Assembly (NCBI GenBank): GCA_016124755.1
Contig: WGNA01000004.1
Location: 36,826-100,825 of the forward strand
Source: Bacteroidota bacterium
GTDB taxonomy: Bacteria; Bacteroidota; Bacteroidia; NS11-12g; UBA9320
Length of the DNA: 64,000 nt
Direction: 5' to 3'
Below are positions 9,266-18,821 of the stretch, one piece after another. A model generated the notes under the pieces. It did not search any database. It was given only the letters and a program-made list of their open reading frames with translations, and was not told the DNA's origin. The translations under genes were made by a program, and so were the position numbers. Positions within the stretch are counted from its first letter, which is position 1, and every line of letters starts with the position of its first letter.

Positions 9266-11062
9266 TTAGTTCGATCGGTATAACCAGGCGTTGGTTACGG
9301 TTCTGCGAATTTCCCGGTTTCGATTGAGTGCAGTGGAATAATCGGTACCGGCGAATTCTGCGATTCGGTAACGGGTGCCGTTGTCTTCCTTAATTGCGAT
9401 AATCTCGGATTTTGGAAAGGTGTTTTTCCATTTGGCCCAATACGACTGCGCAAATTCGTACGACGTTGTAGAACCCAAAACGACGTAATAACCGCCGGAA
9501 ACCGGAGGATTTGTTTCTGTGTTAGGCGCCGTATTGCCGGTATGGTTTGAAATAGATTCGGCTGGTTTCTCGGTTTTCGCAGGAGATGTAACCTTTGGAT
9601 AAACCGGCTGAACCTCTGAGCCGGAAGATTTCGGAGAAGAACTGTTCGTGGAAGCTACAGGGGTTTCGCTTGTTTTAATAATTAGTTCTAATGGATTTAA
9701 ACCTAAGGTTAGCAGATCAACGGTGGTTGACAAAACATTTCGCCCCTGATAGTATACTTCAACCTCCCAGTTGTATATCTGTTTGTCGAGCGAAATCTGA
9801 AAAGATCCGTCGGTTTGAGTTAAAGCGAATCGGCCATTAACCACGTTGGCGGCACGGAATAAAACCCGTGCTTGTGCAATTCCCATTCGGTCCGTATCGA
9901 ACACTTTTCCGGTGAGCATTTCTCCGGTTGGCTGTGAAACCGTGATGTTAAAAATATTTGGCTGACCGTTTTTTCCGCAAACCATGATTGCCTCTGATGG
10001 TGTGAAGTCGAGAATCTGGTAGTCATTCTTTGTGCTGTTAAACGGTGCGTCAATTCCACGGATAACCGATCTGTCGGGAGCAGAAATAAAAACATCGTAA
10101 CCACCTCTTCCTGGATGACCGTTTGATGAAAAGCTCAGTTGATTCTGATAAAGTTGCGGGAGTATTTCGTTCTTCTCGGTATTAAAAACGGCTCCCATAT
10201 TTTTAACATTAATCCAGTCTTTGCCGTCAAATTCTACGGAATACAAATCGAAACCGCCGAAACCGCCCGAACGATCACTGCTAAAAATCAGTTTCTTCTC
10301 TTCTTCTAAATAATACGGATGAATGTAGTTCGCCAGGTGTTCCCCCAATTCGAGACGTACGGCCTTTTTCCATTTGTTTTTTTTCTGCGGAATCCAGTAA
10401 AGCGAATAATATCCTTCCGGCTCTTTGTAACTAAAGATATAACCGGATTTTCCGGGGCCTTCACAAATTGAAGCGAGCCGTTCGGGTTCATCCACCGGAA
10501 TCGTAACCTCCGAAATATCTGCCAGTCTTCCACAACTCAGATTAACTCTTGAAGGGTGACCTTCGATGCTCAACAGTGCAGAATTTCTTCCGGTGAGATT
10601 TCCATAAACCGAAGTGTATCGTGTGAGTTGATTTTTTACCGGAGTTCCGGAGATGCCGGTATTCGAGCGCATTTGTTCCCAAAGAATGAGGAAACTTCTG
10701 TTGTCGGGAACCTTGTTGATGTACAACTGGTAGAACTCGCGGGCCAGACTCTCTTTTCCGTTCATCGCAAGACAAATCGCCAGTTCTTTGAAATCCAAAT
10801 CACTGCACATGGGCTGATCGATCACCTGAAGGAAATACTGCTCGGCTTCCTGATACCGGTCGAGTCGGTAATAATTTCGGGCGAGACTCAGGATAAATGG
10901 TACCTGTGCCTTTTGTCCCTGATTCTGAATTAAACCTTCAACCGTTTTAATTTCATCTTTATACTGAGCCTGTTGCTGAGCAAGTTCAGGAAACTGGGCT
11001 AAAGCCAAATCTCCCATTAAAATAAAACAACACAGGCAATAGAAAATACGCACAATAGTCAA
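9266..11062 (-). CDS. TPR + PD40 + C-terminal SPOR-like domain protein
   Basis: Signal peptide, TPR, FSSDRSGGFGGFDLY and FSSNGHPGRGGYDVF blades, a Ser/Pro linker, and a YYVVLGS...RYRI...NAW SPOR-like end. Confidence 0.75.
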   Translation of the reverse strand: MTIVRIFYCLCCFILMGDLALAQFPELAQQQAQYKDEIKTVEGLIQNQGQKAQVPFILSLARNYYRLDRYQEAEQYFLQVIDQPMCSDLDFKELAICLAMNGKESLAREFYQLYINKVPDNRSFLILWEQMRSNTGISGTPVKNQLTRYTSVYGNLTGRNSALLSIEGHPSRVNLSCGRLADISEVTIPVDEPERLASICEGPGKSGYIFSYKEPEGYYSLYWIPQKKNKWKKAVRLELGEHLANYIHPYYLEEEKKLIFSSDRSGGFGGFDLYSVEFDGKDWINVKNMGAVFNTEKNEILPQLYQNQLSFSSNGHPGRGGYDVFISAPDRSVIRGIDAPFNSTKNDYQILDFTPSEAIMVCGKNGQPNIFNITVSQPTGEMLTGKVFDTDRMGIAQARVLFRAANVVNGRFALTQTDGSFQISLDKQIYNWEVEVYYQGRNVLSTTVDLLTLGLNPLELIIKTSETPVASTNSSSPKSSGSEVQPVYPKVTSPAKTEKPAESISNHTGNTAPNTETNPPVSGGYYVVLGSTTSYEFAQSYWAKWKNTFPKSEIIAIKEDNGTRYRIAEFAGTDYSTALNRNREIRRTVTNAWLYRSN

Positions 11063-11157
11063 TTAGCTAAACACAAATTAAAGGATAAACATGAAGTTAG
11101 CAGACTCGTCGGGACAGCAGCCTTCAACATTCTGCTCACAATTTTCGGACGTCTATC

Positions 11158-12087
11158 TCAGAAGGCAACCCATTGTAAACGGAAGTCGTTCGTTGTGGAA
11201 TTCCACATCATAGCAGGCATCGGAAATTTAATGCAGTTCAACATGCGCATTGCGATTTTCCATCCGCGTTTTTTAAATGGTAGTCGGGTTAAATCAATAT
11301 CAGGAGATAAATACCATTGACGGGTTTGTGCAATGTCGCGGCGATCGTGTAACCAGCCATTTTGATAATAAAGATTGTCATCTGAACTCACGAAACCGTC
11401 CATGCCATAACCCACCGCCATGTTCAGCCATTTCGGGAATTTGGTTTCCGGCTTCATAAAGGAGGCAATGTTTCCGGAAAGCCAGTACGTCTGTCCGTTA
11501 TAATCTTTAAAAACGTGTTCAATAAAATTATGTCCTAAAAGTTCCGGACGTATATCCGGATAGTGCGTCGGTTGAAATGAAAACTTCAACCAGATGCGTT
11601 GTTCGTCCCAGAACCAGGATTGAGAAATGCAAAGTGATGCCCCGGTAACATTGGCTATCATGTCTCCATACGACGCACCCCATTCCTGTGAAAATCCATC
11701 CATTACCTCTATTCCGGTCTGAATAAAAAAACCGTACGCGCCGCCAATCAGTATAGATTTTTTGCGACTAAAACCGGCCCACTTCAACATGTCGATTCCC
11801 ACAACGCCTTCGTAATAGCAACTGAAAGTGTGGCCTACTTTATCCATTTGATTCCATTCGTGATTGTCGTTGTAGAAATGAAACTTGACAATCGGATAAT
11901 CGCGGTACCACAGGTTGTAAAGTCCGGTCATAGCCGAAACATACGACGCGGAGTTGCCGATTACAAGCCACTTCTTCCGGTTGAACGGGCGGTGTATCAG
12001 GGAATCGGTTTGCGCATTGGAAAACCCTGAAGTAAAGAGGACGAGAAATACCAGGCTAAGAGCCGAGAATAGTTTCTTTGGTAACAT
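11158..12087 (-). CDS. DUF2279/YfiM-family protein
   Basis: FHFYND..EW.QMDKVGH, IEVMDGFS..WG, KDYNGQTYWLS and RQWYLSPDID motifs. Confidence 0.85.
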   Translation of the reverse strand: MLPKKLFSALSLVFLVLFTSGFSNAQTDSLIHRPFNRKKWLVIGNSASYVSAMTGLYNLWYRDYPIVKFHFYNDNHEWNQMDKVGHTFSCYYEGVVGIDMLKWAGFSRKKSILIGGAYGFFIQTGIEVMDGFSQEWGASYGDMIANVTGASLCISQSWFWDEQRIWLKFSFQPTHYPDIRPELLGHNFIEHVFKDYNGQTYWLSGNIASFMKPETKFPKWLNMAVGYGMDGFVSSDDNLYYQNGWLHDRRDIAQTRQWYLSPDIDLTRLPFKKRGWKIAMRMLNCIKFPMPAMMWNSTTNDFRLQWVAF

Positions 12088-13459
12088 TTAAGATGTTGAA
12101 TGCTGCTTCGGAAGACTCCGCTTCGGCATAAACCCTTAGTACAGGCTCAGTGCCCGATGGCCGGATCATAACCCAACGGTCGTCTCCCAGATGATACTTA
12201 AAGCCGTCGAGGTCTTCCACCTTTCCGACTTTGAAACTTCCAAATTGTGTATAGAAATTATTGTGGCATTTTTCAACGATTTCATCTTTCTGAGCGGCGC
12301 TGATGTGCAGGTCGTAACGCTCCACAGCAAAAGATCCGGTAATGGCATAAATGTCTTCGATCAATTCGTTCAAAGACTTTCCGCTCTTTGCCATAAACTC
12401 CCAGATCACCAATCCGATCCAGATTCCGTCTCTTTCCGGAATATGCCCTTTGATGGCAATTCCCCCGGACTCTTCCGCACCAATTAAAACATCATCATTC
12501 ACCATGATGTCGCAGATATATTTGAATCCGATTTTAGTGGTTTGGGCCTCAAGACCGTAGTGAGCGCAAAGTTTGTCGATTCTTGAAGAGCACGAAAAAC
12601 TCTTGACAACCTTGCCTCCCATTCCCTGAACTTTATGCAGGTAGTGGATCAGGAGCAAAATAATATGGTGGGAGTCTATAAACTCTCCGCTATTGTTATA
12701 CAAACCAATGCGGTCGGCATCGCCGTCGGTTGCGAGTCCGCTGTCGATGTCTTCTGCCAGTTCAATCAGTTCACTGAATTCAAGCAGATTTTTATGAATC
12801 GGTTCGGGAGCCTGGCCGTCAAATCCCGGATTGTGTTCGCAATGCAAAAAGGTGATGTCAGGAAATAATCTCCTCATCACATCCTGACCGGCACCATACA
12901 TAGCATCGTACGCAAACTGGAGTTCTCCGCTTCTGAGGAGTTTCATGTCGAACGCTTTTTCAACTGCGTCTGCGTATATACTTTCCATATCAACCACCCG
13001 AATGTTTCCGGTGCTCAAAAGTTCTTCGTACGAATGACCCGAAGCGGTAGTGTCCGGAATTAACGATTCAACTTCTGCTATCACATTGGGTGATGCCGGA
13101 CCACCATAAGTCGCTTTTAGTTTAAAACCATTGTAGTCGGGCGGATTATGACTTGCGGTAATTACGATTCCCAATGAACATCCGTTAATATGGGTGCACA
13201 TAGAAACCATGGGAGTGGTTATGGGAACTTCACTTACAAGACATTCAATTCCGTGTTTGCACATGATTTCAGCGGTGGACTTCATGAACATCAATCCGCC
13301 AAAACGGCAATCAAAACCAATAGCCACTTTTGGGGCAGCTTTATTATTAAGAATCCATAATGCAGTTGCCTCAGCAACTCGTTTAACGTTTTCGACTGTA
13401 TAATTAAGCGCAATGATGTCGCGCCAGCCGTCGGTTCCGAATTTAATTGGGTAAGTCAT
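12056..13459 (-). CDS. Phosphoglucomutase/phosphomannomutase
   Basis: FGTDGWR, phosphoserine motif TASHNP, DGDADR, EESGG and RPSGTEP. Likely ATG at 13459. Confidence 0.95.
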   Translation of the reverse strand: MTYPIKFGTDGWRDIIALNYTVENVKRVAEATALWILNNKAAPKVAIGFDCRFGGLMFMKSTAEIMCKHGIECLVSEVPITTPMVSMCTHINGCSLGIVITASHNPPDYNGFKLKATYGGPASPNVIAEVESLIPDTTASGHSYEELLSTGNIRVVDMESIYADAVEKAFDMKLLRSGELQFAYDAMYGAGQDVMRRLFPDITFLHCEHNPGFDGQAPEPIHKNLLEFSELIELAEDIDSGLATDGDADRIGLYNNSGEFIDSHHIILLLIHYLHKVQGMGGKVVKSFSCSSRIDKLCAHYGLEAQTTKIGFKYICDIMVNDDVLIGAEESGGIAIKGHIPERDGIWIGLVIWEFMAKSGKSLNELIEDIYAITGSFAVERYDLHISAAQKDEIVEKCHNNFYTQFGSFKVGKVEDLDGFKYHLGDDRWVMIRPSGTEPVLRVYAEAESSEAAFNILNVTKETILGS

Positions 13460-13460
13460 T

Positions 13461-14603
13461 TTAATTGTCTGTTTCCTCTGTTTCTGCAACCCGGGTAATT
13501 TTATTCCAGTCGGCATGCAGCAACGCATTTTGGTAGGGTTTGTTCAGATATGCCGGAACAATTTCGTCATTGATCCGCTTTAATGTGAACTCATAATTTT
13601 TCTCGCGAATCGCTTCCGTAAGCGGTTTAAACTGAACCAGCAAACCCAGCTTGTCAAGATCATCTGTTGTGAGATCTTTCAATGGTTGGTTATTAACATA
13701 AATGCGGAAAAGCTTTGAGCCGTAATGTATTTCCCTGTCTTTCTTTTCCCAGATTTCAACGGTTTCAATTTTAGTAACTTTCAGCACGGTCTTCATATCG
13801 AAGTGGGAAATTACCGGTTCGGAAGTGAGGTTGAAATACTCGTGTCGGTTTTCTGAAAAGTAGTTGTCGAGAGATTGAAATATCCAGTAATTGAGATCTG
13901 ATGGCGTAAATCCCGGATAAATCGAAAACTCAATTTCCTTGATTTGTGCTAACGGCAACGCATTGGTTTTCATTTTAGGATTCGAAAAAACCTCATCGCG
14001 GAGATTGAAGGATTTAGCCGGATTAGACGTAAGATCCTTATTCCCGAATTTCACAACCTGAAACTGATATTGTTTGCAGTTTAACGCCGTCCAGAAATTG
14101 AGATGCGCGGTTCCGTTTGAACCCGTTGGTATTATTTCTTTGGTTAAAACCCCTAAAGCTTCTTCAACATCGATGTAACCAAAATTTACTTTTTCTCCAT
14201 TTGGAAGTCTTCTGAAAAACGATATTCCAAATATCTGAAACTCGAAGTCGTGATGATTGAGTTTCCAGAATTCATACAGAAAAATATCTTCGTTATCTAA
14301 GAACGAAACGTTGTTCTGCGTTTCCATCAGATTAAGCGCAACCTTGCTGATCTTTAGTTTTTTTGCAGGCGAATCCCAGAGTGTGATCTGATCCAGAGCA
14401 ATTTTTCGATACACCATTCCGGTGAGTTGATCCACTAATGAAAATCCTAATGAATCGGGTTGATTGAACTTACTCACCTGAAGTAAAACCGGTGTCGGGT
14501 CGTAACTCGCAGCATTTGCGATTCCTCCCCAAATCAGCAAAAACACGAACAGGATTTTATTCCGGTTTCGCATTTTCATTTTGATTCGGGTTTGGTTTTT
14601 CAT
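13461..14603 (-). CDS. Secreted/periplasmic hypothetical protein with weak, duplicated GldN/PorN-like motifs
   Basis: Signal peptide. Two copies of an E-x-W...A[LI]xxKxYxFx[VL]x[KR] pattern. Start uncertain. Confidence 0.55.
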   Translation of the reverse strand: MKNQTRIKMKMRNRNKILFVFLLIWGGIANAASYDPTPVLLQVSKFNQPDSLGFSLVDQLTGMVYRKIALDQITLWDSPAKKLKISKVALNLMETQNNVSFLDNEDIFLYEFWKLNHHDFEFQIFGISFFRRLPNGEKVNFGYIDVEEALGVLTKEIIPTGSNGTAHLNFWTALNCKQYQFQVVKFGNKDLTSNPAKSFNLRDEVFSNPKMKTNALPLAQIKEIEFSIYPGFTPSDLNYWIFQSLDNYFSENRHEYFNLTSEPVISHFDMKTVLKVTKIETVEIWEKKDREIHYGSKLFRIYVNNQPLKDLTTDDLDKLGLLVQFKPLTEAIREKNYEFTLKRINDEIVPAYLNKPYQNALLHADWNKITRVAETEETDN

Positions 14604-14607
14604 GTTG

Positions 14608-15822
14608 TCAGGCGAAGGCGTTTTCTCCGGTGATTTCCATTCCTAAAATCAGCAGATGTATGTCGTGTGTTCCTTCATACGTAATTACCGATTCGAGATT
14701 TGCCATGTGTCGCATAATCGGATATTCTCCGGTTATACCCATGGCTCCGTGAATCTGTCGGGCTTCCCGTGCAATGTTCAGAGCCATTGCAACATTGTTT
14801 CGCTTGGCCAGACTAATTTGTGCCGGAGTTGCTTTTCCGTCGTTCATTAATGTACCAAGTCTCCAGCAGAGCAATTGAGCTTTGGTGATTTCGGTTAGCA
14901 TTTCAGCAAGCTTCTTTTGTTGCAACTGAAACGACCCGATGGGTTTGCCGAACTGATGTCTTTGTTTAGAATATTTCACTGCCGACTCGTAACAATCCAT
15001 GGCCGCTCCGATGGCTCCCCAACTAATTCCGTATCGCGCAGAATTGAGACAGGTAAGTGGTCCTTTTAGTCCGCGAACTCCCGGAAGGATGTTCTCCTCC
15101 GGAATTTCAACATTATCGAAAACCAATTCGCCGGTAGCCGAAGCTCTTAGGCTCCATTTGTTGTGTGTTTCCGGAGTGGTGAAACCTTTCATTCCGCGTT
15201 CGGCAATTACCCCGATTACTTTTCCATCATCGGCTTTAGCCCAAACAACAGCTATGTCGGCAAACGGCGCGTTGCTGATCCACATTTTGGATCCATTGAG
15301 AATGTATTTGCCGTTGATGTTTTTCAAGGTGGTTCGCATGCCGCCCGGATCAGAACCGTGATCGGGTTCCGTTAGGCCGAAACAGCCCATGTATTCTCCG
15401 GTTGCAAGCTTTGGTAAATACTTTCTTTTTTGTTCTTCTGAGCCAAATTTATAAATCGGGTACATCACTAATGAACCCTGAACACTGGCGGTTGAACGAA
15501 TACCGGAATCGCCTCTTTCTAATTCCTGCATTGCGAGTCCGTATGAAATATAATCGAGTCCGCCGCCTCCGTATTCTGCTGGAATCTGTGGCCCGAAACA
15601 ACCAACTTCACCCAAACCTTTAATGATGTGATGCGGGAAAACTGCTTCCTGACAGCAGGCCTCGATAATGGGAGAAATTTCTCTTTTAACCCAATCCCGA
15701 ACCGAATCACGAATCAGTTTGTGCTCTTCGGTCAACAAGTCATCGACAGCGTAAAAATCGGGATGTTGAAATGTATCCTGACCTTTCTTCTCCTCCTTCA
15801 GTGCGTTGAAATCCAAAGTCAT
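14608..15822 (-). CDS. gcdH: Acyl-CoA dehydrogenase, glutaryl-CoA dehydrogenase-like
   Basis: ELERGDSG.RS..SVQGSLVM, GCFGLTEPDHGSDP and TYEGTHDIH motifs. Likely ATG at 15822. Confidence 0.88.
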   Translation of the reverse strand: MTLDFNALKEEKKGQDTFQHPDFYAVDDLLTEEHKLIRDSVRDWVKREISPIIEACCQEAVFPHHIIKGLGEVGCFGPQIPAEYGGGGLDYISYGLAMQELERGDSGIRSTASVQGSLVMYPIYKFGSEEQKRKYLPKLATGEYMGCFGLTEPDHGSDPGGMRTTLKNINGKYILNGSKMWISNAPFADIAVVWAKADDGKVIGVIAERGMKGFTTPETHNKWSLRASATGELVFDNVEIPEENILPGVRGLKGPLTCLNSARYGISWGAIGAAMDCYESAVKYSKQRHQFGKPIGSFQLQQKKLAEMLTEITKAQLLCWRLGTLMNDGKATPAQISLAKRNNVAMALNIAREARQIHGAMGITGEYPIMRHMANLESVITYEGTHDIHLLILGMEITGENAFA

Positions 15823-15890
15823 GCAGCCATTTTTAAATAGATTTGCAAAAATAGCCAAACGATTTGTTCGGGCTGTTTACGTAAGATTAA

Positions 15891-16247
15891 TTGTCGTTGA
15901 AGAAAATACTGCAGGTTCACAACTTCCGGGTGAAAGCCCCTTTGGGGTTTTATGAAGAAGAGCGCATTCTGGGTACAGAACTGAGATTTGATCTGAAATT
16001 CTGTTTTAGAAATACCCAATCCATTGAACATCTGGATCAGACTATTGATTACGAGGAAGTGTGTGCAATCATCAGAAGGCAAATGAAAAACGAATACCAA
16101 CTGATTGAGAGAGCGGCAGAAGATGTTTATAAAGAAATCGAAAACCGGTTTGGGAATCTTGCCCGGATCGAACTCATTCTCTCCAAACTTAATCCACCAA
16201 TAAACGGACTTGGTTCCACATCTTTCACGATTGGTAATACCGATTAA
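15891..16247 (+). CDS. folB: Dihydroneopterin aldolase
   Basis: G.YEEER.LG, TIDYEE, LIE and KLNPPI motifs, with typical size. Confidence 0.85.
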   Translation: MSLKKILQVHNFRVKAPLGFYEEERILGTELRFDLKFCFRNTQSIEHLDQTIDYEEVCAIIRRQMKNEYQLIERAAEDVYKEIENRFGNLARIELILSKLNPPINGLGSTSFTIGNTD

Positions 16248-16262
16248 TATTGCAACATAATC

Positions 16263-18821
16263 ATGCAGTTTAAATTCACTTTACTTCTGTTGCTCGTTTC
16301 TCTTTTTTCATGCACCCAGGTGTCGAACAAAAGTCCCTTCGTTCTCGAACAGGAAGTGGAAGATCTCGAGCAGGAGTGGGAGAAAACCCGCGATCCGAAA
16401 ACGGGGAGAGTTGAAAGTCTGCGGCTCTGGAAATATTTGTTAAATCAGAAGAGTTTTCTGGGTGCAGGCGGTTTTAACAAAGCACGATTTTACCCGAATT
16501 CCTGGAGTGCCGTCGATGATTTTTTCGCGAATCTATCGGTTCAAAGAATTGTTTACGATCCGCGAAACCCTTTAACGATGTACTTCTGTACCGGTGAAGG
16601 CTGGAATAATGCAGACGCAGCCAGAGGAGCAGGTGTCTGGAAATCTGTAAATGGCGGAGAAACTTGGATTCAGCTTTCCAGCACTCTCAATGATTCATTC
16701 TCCTATTGTCACGACATGCTTGTTCATCCGCTGACTTCGGATATTTATGTTGCCACACGTGTCGGTGGTTTAATGCGCAGCGAAGACGGAGGGAATTCAT
16801 GGATGCAGGTTTTAGGTGCCGGAAACGGATCGAAATACAATACCACAACCGACATTGAACTTACGGCAGACAATGAATTAGTGGTTTGTATCGGGAACTT
16901 TAATACGGATGGAATTTATTTCTCAGCCAATGGAGATGCCGGTAGCTGGGAACAAAGAATGAATGGATTTCCGCACTCAATCCGGCGGGTAGAACTGGCA
17001 ACGGCCCCATCCAACGCTAATTACATGTATGCCATACCAACCAGTTCTAGCACTTCCGATTCAAACCGGATTGTCGGAGTTTATAAATCGGTTGATAAGG
17101 GAATGAGCTGGACATCGGTTTCCCTTCCGGGCGGTGATAAAAACTTTGCTAAAATTCAGGGTTGGTACGATCTCATTATTAAAGTAGACCCGAATGATGA
17201 AAAGGTTTTGTTGGTTGGCGGTCTCAATGTTTACAGAAGCCGGGATGCCGGAGACTCCTGGCAGCAGCTTTTCGAAGGGCAGAAGAATGTGAAGACAACG
17301 CTTCCGTATGTTCATGTGGATCAGCACGAAATTGTTTTTAAAAATTCGGATACCGTGATGTTCGGTAACGACGGTGGTATTTATATGTCGCCGGATATGC
17401 TGGCCGACACTCCTTCTTTTGTGAATCTCAATGACAATTACAACGTCACCCAATTTTATTCCTGTGCCCGGGAGAATGTTTCAGGTTCGCAAAGAATTAT
17501 CGGTGGCGCTCAGGATAACGGTTCGTTGGGTTCTACAGCGAATGGAATTTCACCTTTTGATCAACTTTCCTGGGCAGACGGAAGTTATTGCAACATAAAT
17601 CATAAAGATCCGGAGATCTATTTTACCACAACTCAGTATCAGCGGGTTTACCGGTTCAATCACGGGAATATCGACACCATTGCCAACCGCAAACTCAATA
17701 AAGACAATACCGAATTTATTAATCCGATTGAGATCGATCCCAATAATCCGGAGATTCTCTACCAATTGAGTGGAATCGGACTATGGAGAATGGATCATGC
17801 ATCCACCGATTCGAGAACCGGATGGATACAATGCAGCCGGGCGTTCGGAAGTTTTACGGCGATTGGCATTTCTACCAATGTCGCGAACACCGTTTTTATT
17901 GGCAGGAACAGCGGTGGCAGAATTTACCGGATCGACAATGCTACCCAAACCGACGAGACATATTTCCCGGTGAGCGCCGACCCAACGGGATCGCTTCCAT
18001 CGGCCGCGTATTGCAATTGTATTTATGTGGATCCCAAAGATGCGAACCACGTGATATCGGTTTATTCTAATTACGGTGTGGAGAGTGTTTGGGAAAGTAA
18101 AAATGCATTAGATGCCACCCCGATCTGGAAAAGTCAGGAAGGCGATCTTCCGGATATTCCTGTTCGCTGGGCTGCGCTGCATCCGAAGAATCCGGCGGTT
18201 TGCTACATCGCAACAGAAGCCGGCGTTATGATGACGAACAACCTGAATGACTCGAATACAAAATGGGTGTCGGTTAATACCGGACTTGCAAATCTTAAAG
18301 TCAATATGATCAGGCTGCGAGAATCGGATATGTCTCTGGTTGCTGCAACACACGGAAGAGGAATGTTCACAGGGAAAATTCAAGCGGACTACACGGTGAA
18401 ATGGGAGGAGCGGGGGCCGATGAATGTTGGCGGCAGAACCCGAACTATCCTTTTTGATCCGAATGATCCGTCGGGTAAAAAACTCTGGGCGGGAAGCGTT
18501 TCCGGTGGTTTGTGGGTGGTGCGGAATTTTGATTCCATTCCGCATTACGAGGAAGTTGTAGCGTCTGAATTTAAAGTGTTTGTTGGCGCAAATCCAATTC
18601 AAGGCAATTTGCTTAGCGTATTTATTGAAAGTGACCGAGCAGAATTGGTGGAACTGGAAATTTACAACGTTTCGGGTCAGCTCATTTTTGAAAGAAGTGT
18701 AAATTCCGTCGTGGGCAAACTCGATGAACAGCTTGATGTAACGATGCTGCGATCCGGAATTTATTTTCTACGCGTTCATTACCGAAAAAAATACAAGACC
18801 ATCCGCTTGTTGAAACTGTAA
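16263..18821 (+). CDS. BNR/Asp-box beta-propeller protein with T9SS type A CTD (apparently circularly permuted)
   Basis: Asp-boxes, QGWYDL, VHVDQH, GNDGG, TQFY, GGAQDNG and ATHGRG. C-terminal NPIQG...IYNVSGQ...SGIYFL...RLLKL. Confidence 0.85.
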   Translation: MQFKFTLLLLLVSLFSCTQVSNKSPFVLEQEVEDLEQEWEKTRDPKTGRVESLRLWKYLLNQKSFLGAGGFNKARFYPNSWSAVDDFFANLSVQRIVYDPRNPLTMYFCTGEGWNNADAARGAGVWKSVNGGETWIQLSSTLNDSFSYCHDMLVHPLTSDIYVATRVGGLMRSEDGGNSWMQVLGAGNGSKYNTTTDIELTADNELVVCIGNFNTDGIYFSANGDAGSWEQRMNGFPHSIRRVELATAPSNANYMYAIPTSSSTSDSNRIVGVYKSVDKGMSWTSVSLPGGDKNFAKIQGWYDLIIKVDPNDEKVLLVGGLNVYRSRDAGDSWQQLFEGQKNVKTTLPYVHVDQHEIVFKNSDTVMFGNDGGIYMSPDMLADTPSFVNLNDNYNVTQFYSCARENVSGSQRIIGGAQDNGSLGSTANGISPFDQLSWADGSYCNINHKDPEIYFTTTQYQRVYRFNHGNIDTIANRKLNKDNTEFINPIEIDPNNPEILYQLSGIGLWRMDHASTDSRTGWIQCSRAFGSFTAIGISTNVANTVFIGRNSGGRIYRIDNATQTDETYFPVSADPTGSLPSAAYCNCIYVDPKDANHVISVYSNYGVESVWESKNALDATPIWKSQEGDLPDIPVRWAALHPKNPAVCYIATEAGVMMTNNLNDSNTKWVSVNTGLANLKVNMIRLRESDMSLVAATHGRGMFTGKIQADYTVKWEERGPMNVGGRTRTILFDPNDPSGKKLWAGSVSGGLWVVRNFDSIPHYEEVVASEFKVFVGANPIQGNLLSVFIESDRAELVELEIYNVSGQLIFERSVNSVVGKLDEQLDVTMLRSGIYFLRVHYRKKYKTIRLLKL

